Program-made: the position numbers and the translations under genes
In this document: positions 18,666 through 28,681 of the stretch, in pieces
Layout: every line of letters starts with the position of its first letter
Position numbering within the stretch: the first letter of the stretch is position 1
NCBI GenBank assembly: GCA_965140415.1
Contig: OZ223209.1
Coordinates: 3,936,001-4,000,000, forward strand
Reading direction: 5' to 3'
From: Myxococcota bacterium
GTDB taxonomy: Bacteria > Myxococcota_A > SURF-8
Length of the DNA: 64,000 nt
Notes under the pieces: generated by a model
Told to the model about the DNA's origin: nothing
Seen by the model: the letters and a program-made list of their open reading frames with translations, nothing else
Database searches by the model: none

Positions 18666-19943
18666 CTATTGCTCCTCTTCGTCCTCTTGTGACGATTTAC
18701 TCGTTTCCTGTTCGGACGACACCGATTCCGGTTCTTCTTTGCCATCATCCTGGGCGCTCAGGCTTCCTTCAGGGTTGGCAATCACTTCCACCTCGGCAAC
18801 GGCCTGACCCGGCTCCTGCTCGTCCTGCTCGTCATACGGTACGCGCCCCAAGACTTCGCGCATACGCTGATCCACGGTTTCCACCGCTTCATCCAACGCG
18901 TCCGCCGCTTTAGCCAGTTCCGCCGCAGCCTCGCTGTCATCGGCCTGTATTCCCGCCAGGCGATAGATCGGATCCTCCTCCTCTTCCATGCCCTGCACAG
19001 GCTCTTCCCCGCTTTCCTCGCGGCCATAGGTGGATTCGACCTTGATCTGATGCTCTTCGGTCAATTCCTGGAACTCCTGTAAGGTCGGTAGATCGCGCAA
19101 CGACCGAAGGTGAAAGGTTTCCAGGAAATCCTTGCTGGTACCGTAAATCAAAGGACGACCCGGCTCTTCGCGCTTACCGAGAATGCGAATGAGTTTTTTA
19201 TCCAACAACAAGCGTAGTACACCGCCGGAATCCACACCACGGATATCCTCGATTTCCGCACGGGTAATGGGCTGGCGATACGCCACGATAGCCAACGATT
19301 CCAAGGCCGGACGCGAAAGCTTCAACGGCTTTGTACGCAGCATTTCCTGAATGTAGGGAGCACATAACGGATCGGAACGGAACTGATACCCATTACTGAT
19401 TTCAACCAGATGAAACCCCAATGAAGGGTCCGCCCATTTATGGAGCAGATCGGACAATACTTCGCGGATTTCCGATGCCTGCGCCTGTGGAATGGCTCTC
19501 ACCAAAGCCCCTTTTCCAAGCACCCGACCATTGACGAAGATCAGTCCTTCAACAATCTGCGTTAATTGCTCTTTCGGAATTTCCCAGCTTTTCTCGGCAG
19601 TTGAGTCACTATCGGCAGAAGCCTCCTCATCCGTCCATTCTTCTGCGGCAAGCTCAATATCCGACATCGCTATCAAGTCATTTTCATCTGCGGATTCCGC
19701 CTCTCGATCGGTTTCGGAACCGTTTTCATCGTCGGTATCAGCAGTCTCTTCCTTATCCAAATCATTTTCATCTGGATTCTCTTCTGAATCCGTTTGCTCT
19801 TGCTCTTCTGCTGCTACAGATTCCAATTCCGGCAAATCTTTGGACTCCGGTACCGACTCATCCGGTATCTCTATCGAGCGATCCGGCTCCGTATCAGCCG
19901 TTTGCTCCTCGATGATATCCGTCTCTTTATTATTATCGCTCAT
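18666..19943 (-). CDS. scpB: SMC-Scp complex subunit ScpB with long acidic extensions
   Basis: LSRPALESLAIVAYRQPITRAEIEDIRGV, PGRPLIYGT, LRDLP. Confidence 0.95.
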   Translation of the reverse strand: MSDNNKETDIIEEQTADTEPDRSIEIPDESVPESKDLPELESVAAEEQEQTDSEENPDENDLDKEETADTDDENGSETDREAESADENDLIAMSDIELAAEEWTDEEASADSDSTAEKSWEIPKEQLTQIVEGLIFVNGRVLGKGALVRAIPQAQASEIREVLSDLLHKWADPSLGFHLVEISNGYQFRSDPLCAPYIQEMLRTKPLKLSRPALESLAIVAYRQPITRAEIEDIRGVDSGGVLRLLLDKKLIRILGKREEPGRPLIYGTSKDFLETFHLRSLRDLPTLQEFQELTEEHQIKVESTYGREESGEEPVQGMEEEEDPIYRLAGIQADDSEAAAELAKAADALDEAVETVDQRMREVLGRVPYDEQDEQEPGQAVAEVEVIANPEGSLSAQDDGKEEPESVSSEQETSKSSQEDEEEQ

Positions 19944-19960
19944 CGCCTCTGCTCATGCTA

Positions 19961-20812
19961 TCAGGAGAATAATTCCCCATTGCTATTGCCATTTTCCTGT
20001 TCTTCCAACGTCACGCGCCGCAGGATTTCCTTATCTTCCGGCGCATCCTTTCGACGTGAAAGATAAATTTCACCCAAGGACGCCGTTTGGAAAATCCGCA
20101 AAACCTTCATGCGAGCCAGTTCCAAAACAGCCAAGAAAGTAGAGATCAGTTCCGGGCGAGAATAAATGTTGCGGAACAAATCCTTAAATACCACTCGACC
20201 GGCTTCCTTTAGCTCCTTCAGTACGTCTTGAATTTTGTCCTCTACCCGTACCGTGTCGATCTGCACCTGATGCGGCGCATGTAACTTGACTTTATCCAAT
20301 ACATCCTGGAAGACTTCGATCAATTGGAAAACCGAAACTTCCCCAATTTCCACCTCTTTATCCGGTAATTGGGCACTACGATCCGGAGGACGCACAAAGA
20401 CGTCGCGTGTCAACATGGGTTGACTGGACAAGCGCTCTGCGGCATCTTTATACTTCTGATATTCCAACAGACGCCGCACCAGTTCTTCTCTTGGATCTCC
20501 TTCTTCCGTATCCTCTTCTTCCTCTTGAACGTCCACCGGCAACAGCATGCGGGATTTGATATGTGCCAGGGTTGCCGCCATCACCAGGAAGTCGCCGACA
20601 CGATCGAGATTGAGTTGCTCCATCACAGCCACATAAGCCAGGTACTTCTCGGTGATCTCCGCTATCGGAATATCGAAGATATCCATCTCATGCTGACGTA
20701 TTAAATGCAGCAACAGATCCAGGGGACCGGAAAATTTTTCAAGCTCTATCAGGAATGAATCTTCGCCTGCTTCAACAGGCGTATCCTCTTTAAGCGTTTT
20801 GCTTTCTTGCAC
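19961..20812 (-). CDS. scpA: Segregation/condensation protein ScpA
   Basis: FSGPLDLLLHLI, FLVMAATLAHIKSRMLLP, TFLAVLEL. GTG start after GGAGG. Confidence 0.95.
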   Translation of the reverse strand: MQESKTLKEDTPVEAGEDSFLIELEKFSGPLDLLLHLIRQHEMDIFDIPIAEITEKYLAYVAVMEQLNLDRVGDFLVMAATLAHIKSRMLLPVDVQEEEEDTEEGDPREELVRRLLEYQKYKDAAERLSSQPMLTRDVFVRPPDRSAQLPDKEVEIGEVSVFQLIEVFQDVLDKVKLHAPHQVQIDTVRVEDKIQDVLKELKEAGRVVFKDLFRNIYSRPELISTFLAVLELARMKVLRIFQTASLGEIYLSRRKDAPEDKEILRRVTLEEQENGNSNGELFS

Positions 20813-21105
20813 TACATTCGCCTCCTCCCAAATTGAGCGTTTGTAACCTACAAGCGCCCCAATTGCAAGCGCATAATACAACTCGCACAACGTATCTTAC
20901 TTGACTTCTAAAGTATTTTGGGCTATCGCAAAGAGGCTGTTCGGTAAATTTAAAGAAATTCGAAACCTTTGCCCATCAAGACGTGAATGGGTCCACATGT
21001 GGAGTTCATCCGATTGGAGAAAACGAACGCCTTGATGATTTCGATCTCTTTAATTGCCGGACGAAGGGAAGTATCGGGAAAACCATAAAAATACTGGAGG
21101 ATCTC

Positions 21106-22074
21106 ATGAAGCTGCGATTGCACATCGGCTTTCGTCTTTTTGTCCTGGCTATCACCCTAATCGTGCTAAGTGCCTGCGGTTCTTCCGTTATTCGCATCAC
21201 GGAAATGGAAATGGGAACTTTGAAAAACCTGCAACGCGCCACGTTCGAAGACAATGGAAGTGAAGCCGGTTTCAGTATTTGCGGAGATCTGGTTGCTTAT
21301 GCCAGCAATAAAGACGGCAACTGGGAAATTTACACGATGGAAAAAGGCAACCGGAGTGCCATCCGTAAAACCTCCAATTATTCCACAGACTTGTTCCCGA
21401 CTCTTTCTCCCGATTGTGAAAAGCTGGCCTTTGCTTCCGACCGGGAAGGCGAATTCAACATTTACGTGATTTCCGCCAAGCAGGCCTCTGCCGCCACCCG
21501 CCTGGGTGCCGGTACCAATCCGGTCTTCTCCTCCGACGGACACTATGTCTACTATCAGAAATGGCTGTCAACGGAACAGGCCGCCACCATCTGGCGTTAC
21601 GATCTGGAAACGAACCAGCATTCCCAGGTCGTGACCGGCATTCATCCGGCACCCTCTCCCGACAATAAATACCTTGCCTATACCAAGTACAATCAGAACA
21701 CCTGGCTGGCGGAAATCTGGATGCTGGAACTGGAAACTCAGCGTGAAATGGAACTGGTCAATTCCCGGGATTACCACCTGGTCAAGCCGGTCTGGTCGCC
21801 GGACGGAAAGAAGCTGGCATTTACCCGTTTCAGCGATTACAGCCCATACGATGATTACTACTATAATTACTACTTCACTTATGGTTGGTACTACGATGGA
21901 GAAATCGCCGTTGTAGACATCAATGGTTTGAACTTCAGCGTGCTGACCGACAACCCGGCCAACGATGTCGCTCTTGCCTGGTCGGAAGACGGAGGCATGT
22001 ATTTCCAAACCTACCGGGAACTGTCCATGGACATCTTCACGTTCACCCCGGCATTTGTTAAATTATCGAAGTAA
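21106..22074 (+). CDS. TolB-like PD40-repeat beta-propeller lipoprotein
   Basis: GGAGG RBS. Lipobox LSA-C. Repeated P..SPDGKKLAF and ASDREGEFNIY motifs. Confidence 0.85.
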   Translation: MKLRLHIGFRLFVLAITLIVLSACGSSVIRITEMEMGTLKNLQRATFEDNGSEAGFSICGDLVAYASNKDGNWEIYTMEKGNRSAIRKTSNYSTDLFPTLSPDCEKLAFASDREGEFNIYVISAKQASAATRLGAGTNPVFSSDGHYVYYQKWLSTEQAATIWRYDLETNQHSQVVTGIHPAPSPDNKYLAYTKYNQNTWLAEIWMLELETQREMELVNSRDYHLVKPVWSPDGKKLAFTRFSDYSPYDDYYYNYYFTYGWYYDGEIAVVDINGLNFSVLTDNPANDVALAWSEDGGMYFQTYRELSMDIFTFTPAFVKLSK

Positions 22075-22145
22075 CAAGTTTCTGAGTTTGAACCTCCTAC
22101 CATAAAAGCCGGCCAGCCGTAACACCTCGCGCTGTGCCGGCTTCA

Positions 22146-22174
22146 TTGACTTGACCGCAAAAGCCTGTTATCAC
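22146..22174 (+). promoter_or_regulatory. Putative promoter of the radical SAM operon
   Basis: TTGACT-17 nt-TATCAC with TG at the extended -10. Confidence 0.45.
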
Positions 22175-22232
22175 CAGTGACGTATGTTTCAATCCGAATC
22201 GGAAGCCAGCAAGCCTGGCAAATGGATTTAAC

Positions 22233-23633
22233 GTGAAGGTATTACTAGTCAATCCGCCGCGCCTTGCTCCAAAGGAGATGGCCAAAAAGGTCCATGCACC
22301 ACAAAACCTGCTGTACCTTGCAACCAGCCTTGCCCAAAAAGGTGGGGAGGTGTCGATTCTGGATGCCAATGCGGAAAACCTGAATGAATCCGGCATTATC
22401 CAACGCATTGTGGACAGTGATGCAGAACTGGTCGGTTTCCCGGTCTTTTCGGATATTTTACATCCGACGGCGAAATTGATCGCCGCCACCCGGTCACGCT
22501 GCCCGGACATCAAGATTCTGCTTGGCGGCATTCACGTCACCGCAATACCGGAGCAAACCGCCCAACAAATCCCCCAGGCGGACTATCTACTTTCCGGCTA
22601 TGCGGAAGACAGCATCTGTCAATTGGTACAAGTCCTTGAAAACAATAGCAACCTGGACGAGATCGCCGGGTTGACCTATCGAAAAGACGGGCAAATCCAC
22701 ACCAGCCGCGTCGGTTCAACCTGCCCGGATGTCAACGCCTTGCCAATCGCCGACCGTAGTTTTGTACGAAAGCATATCGAGTCCGGGCGCTACTACCAGA
22801 TCTTCAATACACTGCCTTTCGACAGCATCGTAACGGGTCGCGGCTGCCCGCACCACTGCCACTTCTGTTACAATTCGGTGCGGGATCGCGTCCTGCTGCG
22901 TTCGGCGGAAAGCATTTACGAGGAAATCCTGTTGCGTTACCGCGAGGGAGTCCGTTTTCTGGATGTGGACGACGACAACTTCATGGTCAATCGAACCCGT
23001 GCCCGGAAAATCTTTTCCTGGATTCTGCGCGACAATTTAAAGTTACAGCTTTTCGTAAAATCCCGTACAGACACCATCGACAAGGAAATCCTGCAACTCG
23101 GGCGCAAAGCCGGAGTGAACATGATCAGTTTCGGCATCGAGTCCGGTTCCCAGCGAATGCTCGATGCCATGAATAAAGGCACCACGGTGCAGCAAAATGC
23201 ACAAGCCATCGCTCAAGCCCGCCGCCTGGGCATGTACGTACATACCGGCTTCTTCATCGGGTATCCAGGGGAAACACGGGAAACGATCAGTCAAAGCATT
23301 GCGTTCGTGCAGCGAAGCAAGCCGGATGCGTTCTCTGTCGATATTCTGAAACCCTACCCTGAAACCGTTGTGTATCGACAAAGCCAGCAAGAAGGCAATC
23401 TCATCGGAGACTGGAACGCAGAAAATCCCCAATGGCCGTGGGTCAAGCTGCCTTGGACGGCGAGTTACGAAGATCTGCTGAAAGAACGGTATCGTTTCCT
23501 GCGGCAATGCTATCTACGCCCTCATTATGCCTTTTCACTGCCTGCGCAAATTCTGCGAACCGCAAATCTTCGCATGGCGCGCTATGCCACAGAATCCCTG
23601 TTGAACCTCCTTAAAAACCGACTTCCTTTCTGA
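22233..23633 (+). CDS. B12-binding radical SAM protein
   Basis: KVLLVNPP, GGIHVT, GRGCPHHCHFC, DDDNF, GIESGSQRML, FFIGYPGET. Confidence 0.93.
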   Translation: MKVLLVNPPRLAPKEMAKKVHAPQNLLYLATSLAQKGGEVSILDANAENLNESGIIQRIVDSDAELVGFPVFSDILHPTAKLIAATRSRCPDIKILLGGIHVTAIPEQTAQQIPQADYLLSGYAEDSICQLVQVLENNSNLDEIAGLTYRKDGQIHTSRVGSTCPDVNALPIADRSFVRKHIESGRYYQIFNTLPFDSIVTGRGCPHHCHFCYNSVRDRVLLRSAESIYEEILLRYREGVRFLDVDDDNFMVNRTRARKIFSWILRDNLKLQLFVKSRTDTIDKEILQLGRKAGVNMISFGIESGSQRMLDAMNKGTTVQQNAQAIAQARRLGMYVHTGFFIGYPGETRETISQSIAFVQRSKPDAFSVDILKPYPETVVYRQSQQEGNLIGDWNAENPQWPWVKLPWTASYEDLLKERYRFLRQCYLRPHYAFSLPAQILRTANLRMARYATESLLNLLKNRLPF

Positions 23634-23731
23634 ATTCCAAGCGCGAGCACATCACCCCAAGATAATCATTGCCTACTCACCGTGATTGTGAGAAAAATGA
23701 CGATGAACGTGATACGAATTGATTCGAGCAC

Positions 23732-24787
23732 TTGCTGAACCGGAAACGAGAAGGAAGCGGTGTTGTCTTGAAATTGAACGTCTTACGAAAACTCGGACGA
23801 GAAGCAAAAGTTGCCGCCCGCATTCTGGAAAGCCACTACTGGGGCAGCAAACGCCCCCTGTTCGTCAGTTGGGCGATTACCAGTCGTTGCAACATGCACT
23901 GCCGCTATTGCGATACGCATGAGTATCATGGCAAAGAACTCCCACTGGGAATCAACCTGTCGCTGGTCGATCAGATCGCACAGGCAGAGACGTACTGGCT
24001 GCATTTCACCGGCGGAGAACCGCTGATCTATCCGGGAATCGAGAAAATTTTCAAACGCGCCTGGCAACAGGGGTTGCGCACAACGTTGGGCAGCAACGGG
24101 CTGCTCGTTCCAGCCAAACTCGATGCGCTGCAATACGTTCACAGTCTGTCGCTTAGCCTCGACGGTCGCCGCGAAATCAACGACGAGCTACGAGGCCAAG
24201 GCGCCTACGACGCCACCTTGCAGGCAGCAAAACTCTGCAAGCAAAACGATATCCCGATCAAGTTCACTGCCGTCTTGACCAAGCACAACTTGCAGGAAAT
24301 CGACTTCGTACTGGATATCGCATCGCAATTCGAGGCAAGAGTCACCTTTCAACCCGCTCACGAAAAGAAATTGTGGAGCGATCAATCCAACCCGACCCTA
24401 CCCGATCTGGGATTGTACCGGGATGTCATCGATACCTTGATCGAGCGGCGCAAGCAGAATCAACCTGTTGGAAACTCCATCGCAGCACTGGAACACCTGC
24501 GACATTGGCCGGAACCGACTCCCCGCACCTGCGTGGGCGGAGTGATATTCTGCCGATTGATGCCCAACGGCGACGTTCTTCCTTGCCTGCGGGCGGAGAA
24601 GGAACACACCTCGAAACTCAATGCAACACAATTGGGTTTCAAACGAGCCTTTTTGGGAGTGGACAGCGTCTGGTGTCATAACTGCTGGGCCAGTGCCCTG
24701 GTGGAAGCCTCACTGGTACTCGATTTGAATTTCGACAGTTGGATCAAAGCGGCAGACGGTCGCCTGGTGGAACACTTTCACAAATGA
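23732..24787 (+). CDS. Radical SAM protein with C-terminal Cys-containing (twitch/SPASM-like) domain; start may be 23768
   Basis: ITSRCNMHCRYC, FTGGEP, SLDG, C..G....PNGDVLPC, CHNCW. Confidence 0.9.
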   Translation: MLNRKREGSGVVLKLNVLRKLGREAKVAARILESHYWGSKRPLFVSWAITSRCNMHCRYCDTHEYHGKELPLGINLSLVDQIAQAETYWLHFTGGEPLIYPGIEKIFKRAWQQGLRTTLGSNGLLVPAKLDALQYVHSLSLSLDGRREINDELRGQGAYDATLQAAKLCKQNDIPIKFTAVLTKHNLQEIDFVLDIASQFEARVTFQPAHEKKLWSDQSNPTLPDLGLYRDVIDTLIERRKQNQPVGNSIAALEHLRHWPEPTPRTCVGGVIFCRLMPNGDVLPCLRAEKEHTSKLNATQLGFKRAFLGVDSVWCHNCWASALVEASLVLDLNFDSWIKAADGRLVEHFHK

Positions 24788-26259
24788 TGACATTGAGATC
24801 AAAACTCCGCTTCACTCGCTCTGCTAAATCCGATGTTTCCGGGCATCCACTGGCGGTGTTTATCCGCGTGCCTTCCTGGCTAGGGCGCACGGAGCGCCAT
24901 CCGGAAAACTGCGAAGCACCCATCGATTTAGGAATCGCTGCCGCTCTCGTGGAGCAGGATGGCTGGTGGGCGGACATTCTGGATCTGGAAACGGGCAGCT
25001 ATACTCTTGAATCGGTTCGCACCTGGTTTACGCTTCACCAGCCGGAACTGGTCGTGCTTAGCGGCATTACTCCTGCGGCTGAAAACATGCTGCTTTTAGC
25101 GAAAACGGCGAAAGCGATCAAGCAGGATTGCTGCATCATCGCCTGTGGCCAACATGCCGATGCCCTGCCTGAATCGCTGCTGTTCGAGCAGTCGCCAATA
25201 GACCTGTGCGCCAAAGGCGAATTCGAGGAAACAATTCGCGATCTGGCTCGTGCATTGTGCACAGACGCGACGATTACGGTTGCAGGAACCCGCTCGTTTC
25301 GCCAGGGAAAGGTCGTCACGCATGGACGTCGCCCGTTGATACAAGATCTGGATGCCCTACCCTTTCCCCTGCATCGCTTTTTTCTGAATCGCCATTACCG
25401 CTACCTGCACCCCATGACGTTAGTGGGACGCTATCGCTGGGGATTCATTCAGGGCAGCCGGGGCTGTCCTTACCATTGCCTGTATTGCTCCAAAGCGCTG
25501 CGCACCTCCTTCGGGCATTCTATGCGTTCCCGCTCGGCGGCCAGTATCGTGGCGGAGATACGCCACCTGCAAAGCCAGGGTGTCAATGTACTCGTATTTA
25601 CGGACGATTTCTTCAATCACTCGAAAGAGCGTGTATTGGAGCTATGCGAAGAAATCCGCAGGAACGACATTCGCATCCACTGGACCGCCCAGGGGCGAGT
25701 ACGCCCGACTGACCCGGAACTTTTTCAGGCTATGAAAGTCTCCGGTTGTTCGACGTTCAGCATGGGCGTGGAAAGCGGCTCCCCCCGCATCCTGCAAACC
25801 TTGAAGAAAAAAGCCGAAGCAGAAGAAGCAGTAGCAGCTTTTCGATATGCACGCGAAGCAGGCTTGTTGACCGTCGGTTTTTTCATGGTGGGATCGCCAG
25901 GAGAAACCGAAGACGATTTCCTGCAAACCAAACAATTGCTGCACCGTCTGGACCCGGATATTTTGCAGGTCGCCTTTTTCACCTGCTATCCGGGGGCGGA
26001 AGCTTATCGCCTATATCGTGAGCGCTTACCAGAAGACTGGCGCGCTTTTCAACACTATGAAACCCTAAGTAACCTCAGCGCGGTTTCCGATGAACGGGTT
26101 CGGCAATGGCAACGCAGCCTGTATCGGGATTTTCTGCTGCGACCGAGTTATGTACTGCGCTACTTGCGCCTGAAGCACATCAACCTGCTTCTGAATCTCG
26201 ATACGGAAGGCTTTCTGGCGCTTCAAGCCGCACGTTTTCTTTTTTCGCGAAAATCGTAA
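24784..26259 (+). CDS. B12-binding radical SAM protein
   Basis: ATGA overlap with the upstream stop. CGQHA, GEFEET, SRGCPYHCLYC, GVESGSPRIL, FFMVGSPGET. Confidence 0.92.
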   Translation: MMTLRSKLRFTRSAKSDVSGHPLAVFIRVPSWLGRTERHPENCEAPIDLGIAAALVEQDGWWADILDLETGSYTLESVRTWFTLHQPELVVLSGITPAAENMLLLAKTAKAIKQDCCIIACGQHADALPESLLFEQSPIDLCAKGEFEETIRDLARALCTDATITVAGTRSFRQGKVVTHGRRPLIQDLDALPFPLHRFFLNRHYRYLHPMTLVGRYRWGFIQGSRGCPYHCLYCSKALRTSFGHSMRSRSAASIVAEIRHLQSQGVNVLVFTDDFFNHSKERVLELCEEIRRNDIRIHWTAQGRVRPTDPELFQAMKVSGCSTFSMGVESGSPRILQTLKKKAEAEEAVAAFRYAREAGLLTVGFFMVGSPGETEDDFLQTKQLLHRLDPDILQVAFFTCYPGAEAYRLYRERLPEDWRAFQHYETLSNLSAVSDERVRQWQRSLYRDFLLRPSYVLRYLRLKHINLLLNLDTEGFLALQAARFLFSRKS

Positions 26260-26269
26260 AGGTCACTCG

Positions 26270-27487
26270 ATGCTGCTTCCTCCACAACCCAGACGACGCA
26301 TCGCGATGTCACGGCGTAAATACGCCGCCCTGCTGCAAGCCATGACCGAGCCCGCCGACCCACACGATATCGAACGCTTCGAGTCCCAATTTACTCGCTG
26401 GACTCCCGGCTGCTCCGTATGCGCCACTTCTTCGGGAAGCCAGGCCCTTTCGCTATTGTTGACACATCTTGGTGTACAAGCCGGGCAACAGGTGCTGCTT
26501 CCTGCCTATACCGATGAAAGCGTGATCGGAGTCTTGGGACGCTTACAGCTACAACCGGTATTCGTCGATATCGATCCAGAAACTCACACTATAGACCTCG
26601 ATCTGGCCGCAAAACGAATCGGAAGCGATACGCGAGTGTTGATGGTCACGCATCTGTTCGGCAATCCAGCCGATATGGACGGTGCAATCAAGTTGGCCAA
26701 ACAACATAATCTGCTGCTTATCGAAGACTGCGCCCACGCCATCGGCACAATGGCGGAGGGAAATCCTGTTGGGACGATGGGAGACGGTGCTCTGTTCAGT
26801 TTCAGTTCCACCAAACCTTTCGGTACCTTCGGAGGAGGACTGGCAGTAACGCGCCACCATGACATTGGCCTGAAGATTCGACAGGAGATGCTGGGCAAGT
26901 CGGTGCAACCTACCAAAAAGCTCGTCTCGGAGGTGCTGTTTACAGAATTGATCGATCTGGTTACGCATCCACTGCTTTTCAGTGGTGCGCCTTACGGCTT
27001 GTTGAGGCTATTGGATCGCTTGCAGGTGGAACCGATCGATTTATATAAACACCTACATAACAACATGCCAAAACACACCGATACACAGTGGTCGGCCTTT
27101 CAAGCCCGGCTGGCTATGCGTCTACTCGATTTTCTACCCGCCGACATCGAATTGCGCATTCGGCGCGGCGAAGAAGCAATAATAGTACTGGGAGCGGATC
27201 GGGTTATCCACTCCAACCGTCCCGGCGACAAACCCGTTTTCTACTTTCTTTTGGTTCGCAGTAACAACCGGCGGGCGCTGGCACGCTACCTGCTCAAGCA
27301 TGGCATCGATACCGGACACAGCGTCATGAGGCACTGTGCAACCTTATGGGGCGACGACAAAGCTTATCCGGAAACGGAACGCGCCATCTGCGAAACAATT
27401 CAAATTCCACACCACGAACGCCTTAGTAACGAGGCTTTCGCCCGGATACTGGAAATTACACGTCAGGGAATAGAAGCAACCGATTAG
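26270..27487 (+). CDS. DegT/DnrJ/EryC1/StrS family PLP aminotransferase
   Basis: SSGSQAL, PVFVDIDP, THLFGNPADM, IEDCAHA, FSFSSTK (PLP Lys), GGG. Confidence 0.88.
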   Translation: MLLPPQPRRRIAMSRRKYAALLQAMTEPADPHDIERFESQFTRWTPGCSVCATSSGSQALSLLLTHLGVQAGQQVLLPAYTDESVIGVLGRLQLQPVFVDIDPETHTIDLDLAAKRIGSDTRVLMVTHLFGNPADMDGAIKLAKQHNLLLIEDCAHAIGTMAEGNPVGTMGDGALFSFSSTKPFGTFGGGLAVTRHHDIGLKIRQEMLGKSVQPTKKLVSEVLFTELIDLVTHPLLFSGAPYGLLRLLDRLQVEPIDLYKHLHNNMPKHTDTQWSAFQARLAMRLLDFLPADIELRIRRGEEAIIVLGADRVIHSNRPGDKPVFYFLLVRSNNRRALARYLLKHGIDTGHSVMRHCATLWGDDKAYPETERAICETIQIPHHERLSNEAFARILEITRQGIEATD

Positions 27488-27508
27488 GAAACAATTACAA
27501 CGTTTTCA

Positions 27509-28681
27509 TCAAACCATTTTATGGGTATCAAGACCTTCCGTTCGTTTTTCGAACAACCAGCGTAAACCACGTTTACATGACAGCGGCATCGCAGCGGTGG
27601 GACAGACATGATGGCAGGCATAGCAACGAATGCAGGCATCTCCGATGATCAGCCCGGACGGCTTCAGGCGGATACAATCGACCGGGCAGACATCGATGCA
27701 TTTACGGCAGCGATTGCATAAGCTCGGATCGTGTTTCACATTAACGACATGACCTCTCGTCCAATAATGCAACCAGGTAATCAATCGAGTGCGTTCTTCC
27801 CAGTCACGCTTCGGCTTGACGAAGCGTACCCGCGCATTTTCCAGGGATTCGCCGAGAATTTCTATATCTTCCTGAGAGCTTGGACCCTCACCGCGTTTCG
27901 CGGCGAGGCTGCACAAGGGAACCTCATGCGGATCGAAACCGACCATCAAGGCACTTGCAAAATCGACCGCAGTCAGATCCTCTCCGGCAAGCACCAAACC
28001 TGAAGACTGCGGCTTTGGGCCCACACCCGGACCGCGTCCCGAAAGTCCCCAGATACCGTCTACAATTGCTCCGTGCAGAGGTAATCCGATACGCAGTAGC
28101 GCAACATACAACTCCATGATGCTCTGGCAGAACTCATCCACTCCCGTTGCTCGGTTGTGCAACTCGCACTTGGTCGCTCCCGGAAGCAAGCCAATCAATC
28201 CTTTCACCGCACCGGTCAAGGTGGTGAACGTGTGTGTTTTCAATTTAGGGAGTTGAATAATGGAATCCACTTCAAACAAAAGACGTGGAACGAATACGGA
28301 AAAAGGCCGCTCACTATCCACCTCGATTTTCCGAAACGGACCTTCATCGAAATTGACGGTGCACCCGCCTGCGCCCCGAACGGCATTCGCCATGCCACTG
28401 GCTTGCATGACCTCATCGGTAAATCCTACGATTCCCGAACTGTCACCCACCAGCACTTCGCAATCTCGCTTGATAAGAAGACGTACAAGCGCCGCGACGA
28501 AATCCGGGTGCGTGGTATTGCATTCGGAAGGTGAAGTCCCCTTCATCATATTCACCTTCAGCAGTACCCGTTTACCTTGTAAACGCGCTCCCATGCCGGT
28601 TAAGTTCAGCACTTCTGCTAAAGCACCTTCACAATTCGTGTAGCTGCGTTGAATTTGGCAGGCAACAGTATAGCGGCTCAT
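27509..28681 (-). CDS. DUF362-domain protein with C-terminal 2x[4Fe-4S] ferredoxin
   Basis: VLLKVN, TTHP, PKLKTH, TGAVK. CNRCRKCIDVCP and CIRCYACHHVCP. ATGA overlap with the upstream gene. Confidence 0.88.
   Translation of the reverse strand: MSRYTVACQIQRSYTNCEGALAEVLNLTGMGARLQGKRVLLKVNMMKGTSPSECNTTHPDFVAALVRLLIKRDCEVLVGDSSGIVGFTDEVMQASGMANAVRGAGGCTVNFDEGPFRKIEVDSERPFSVFVPRLLFEVDSIIQLPKLKTHTFTTLTGAVKGLIGLLPGATKCELHNRATGVDEFCQSIMELYVALLRIGLPLHGAIVDGIWGLSGRGPGVGPKPQSSGLVLAGEDLTAVDFASALMVGFDPHEVPLCSLAAKRGEGPSSQEDIEILGESLENARVRFVKPKRDWEERTRLITWLHYWTRGHVVNVKHDPSLCNRCRKCIDVCPVDCIRLKPSGLIIGDACIRCYACHHVCPTAAMPLSCKRGLRWLFEKRTEGLDTHKMV

Noticed and set aside
21106-22074. Calling this gene tolB
   Set aside because: It is a lipoprotein lacking the TolB N-terminal alpha/beta domain and is not linked to tolQRA or pal
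23634-23740. RiPP precursor peptide for the radical SAM cluster
   Set aside because: Only a 13-codon ORF (MTMNVIRIDSSTC) without a good RBS. The DegT/YfhO context favours sugar or lipid chemistry.
22233-27487. Assignment as hopanoid hpnH/hpnJ/hpnP genes
   Set aside because: No squalene-hopene cyclase or other hpn genes in the window, and motifs support only family-level calls
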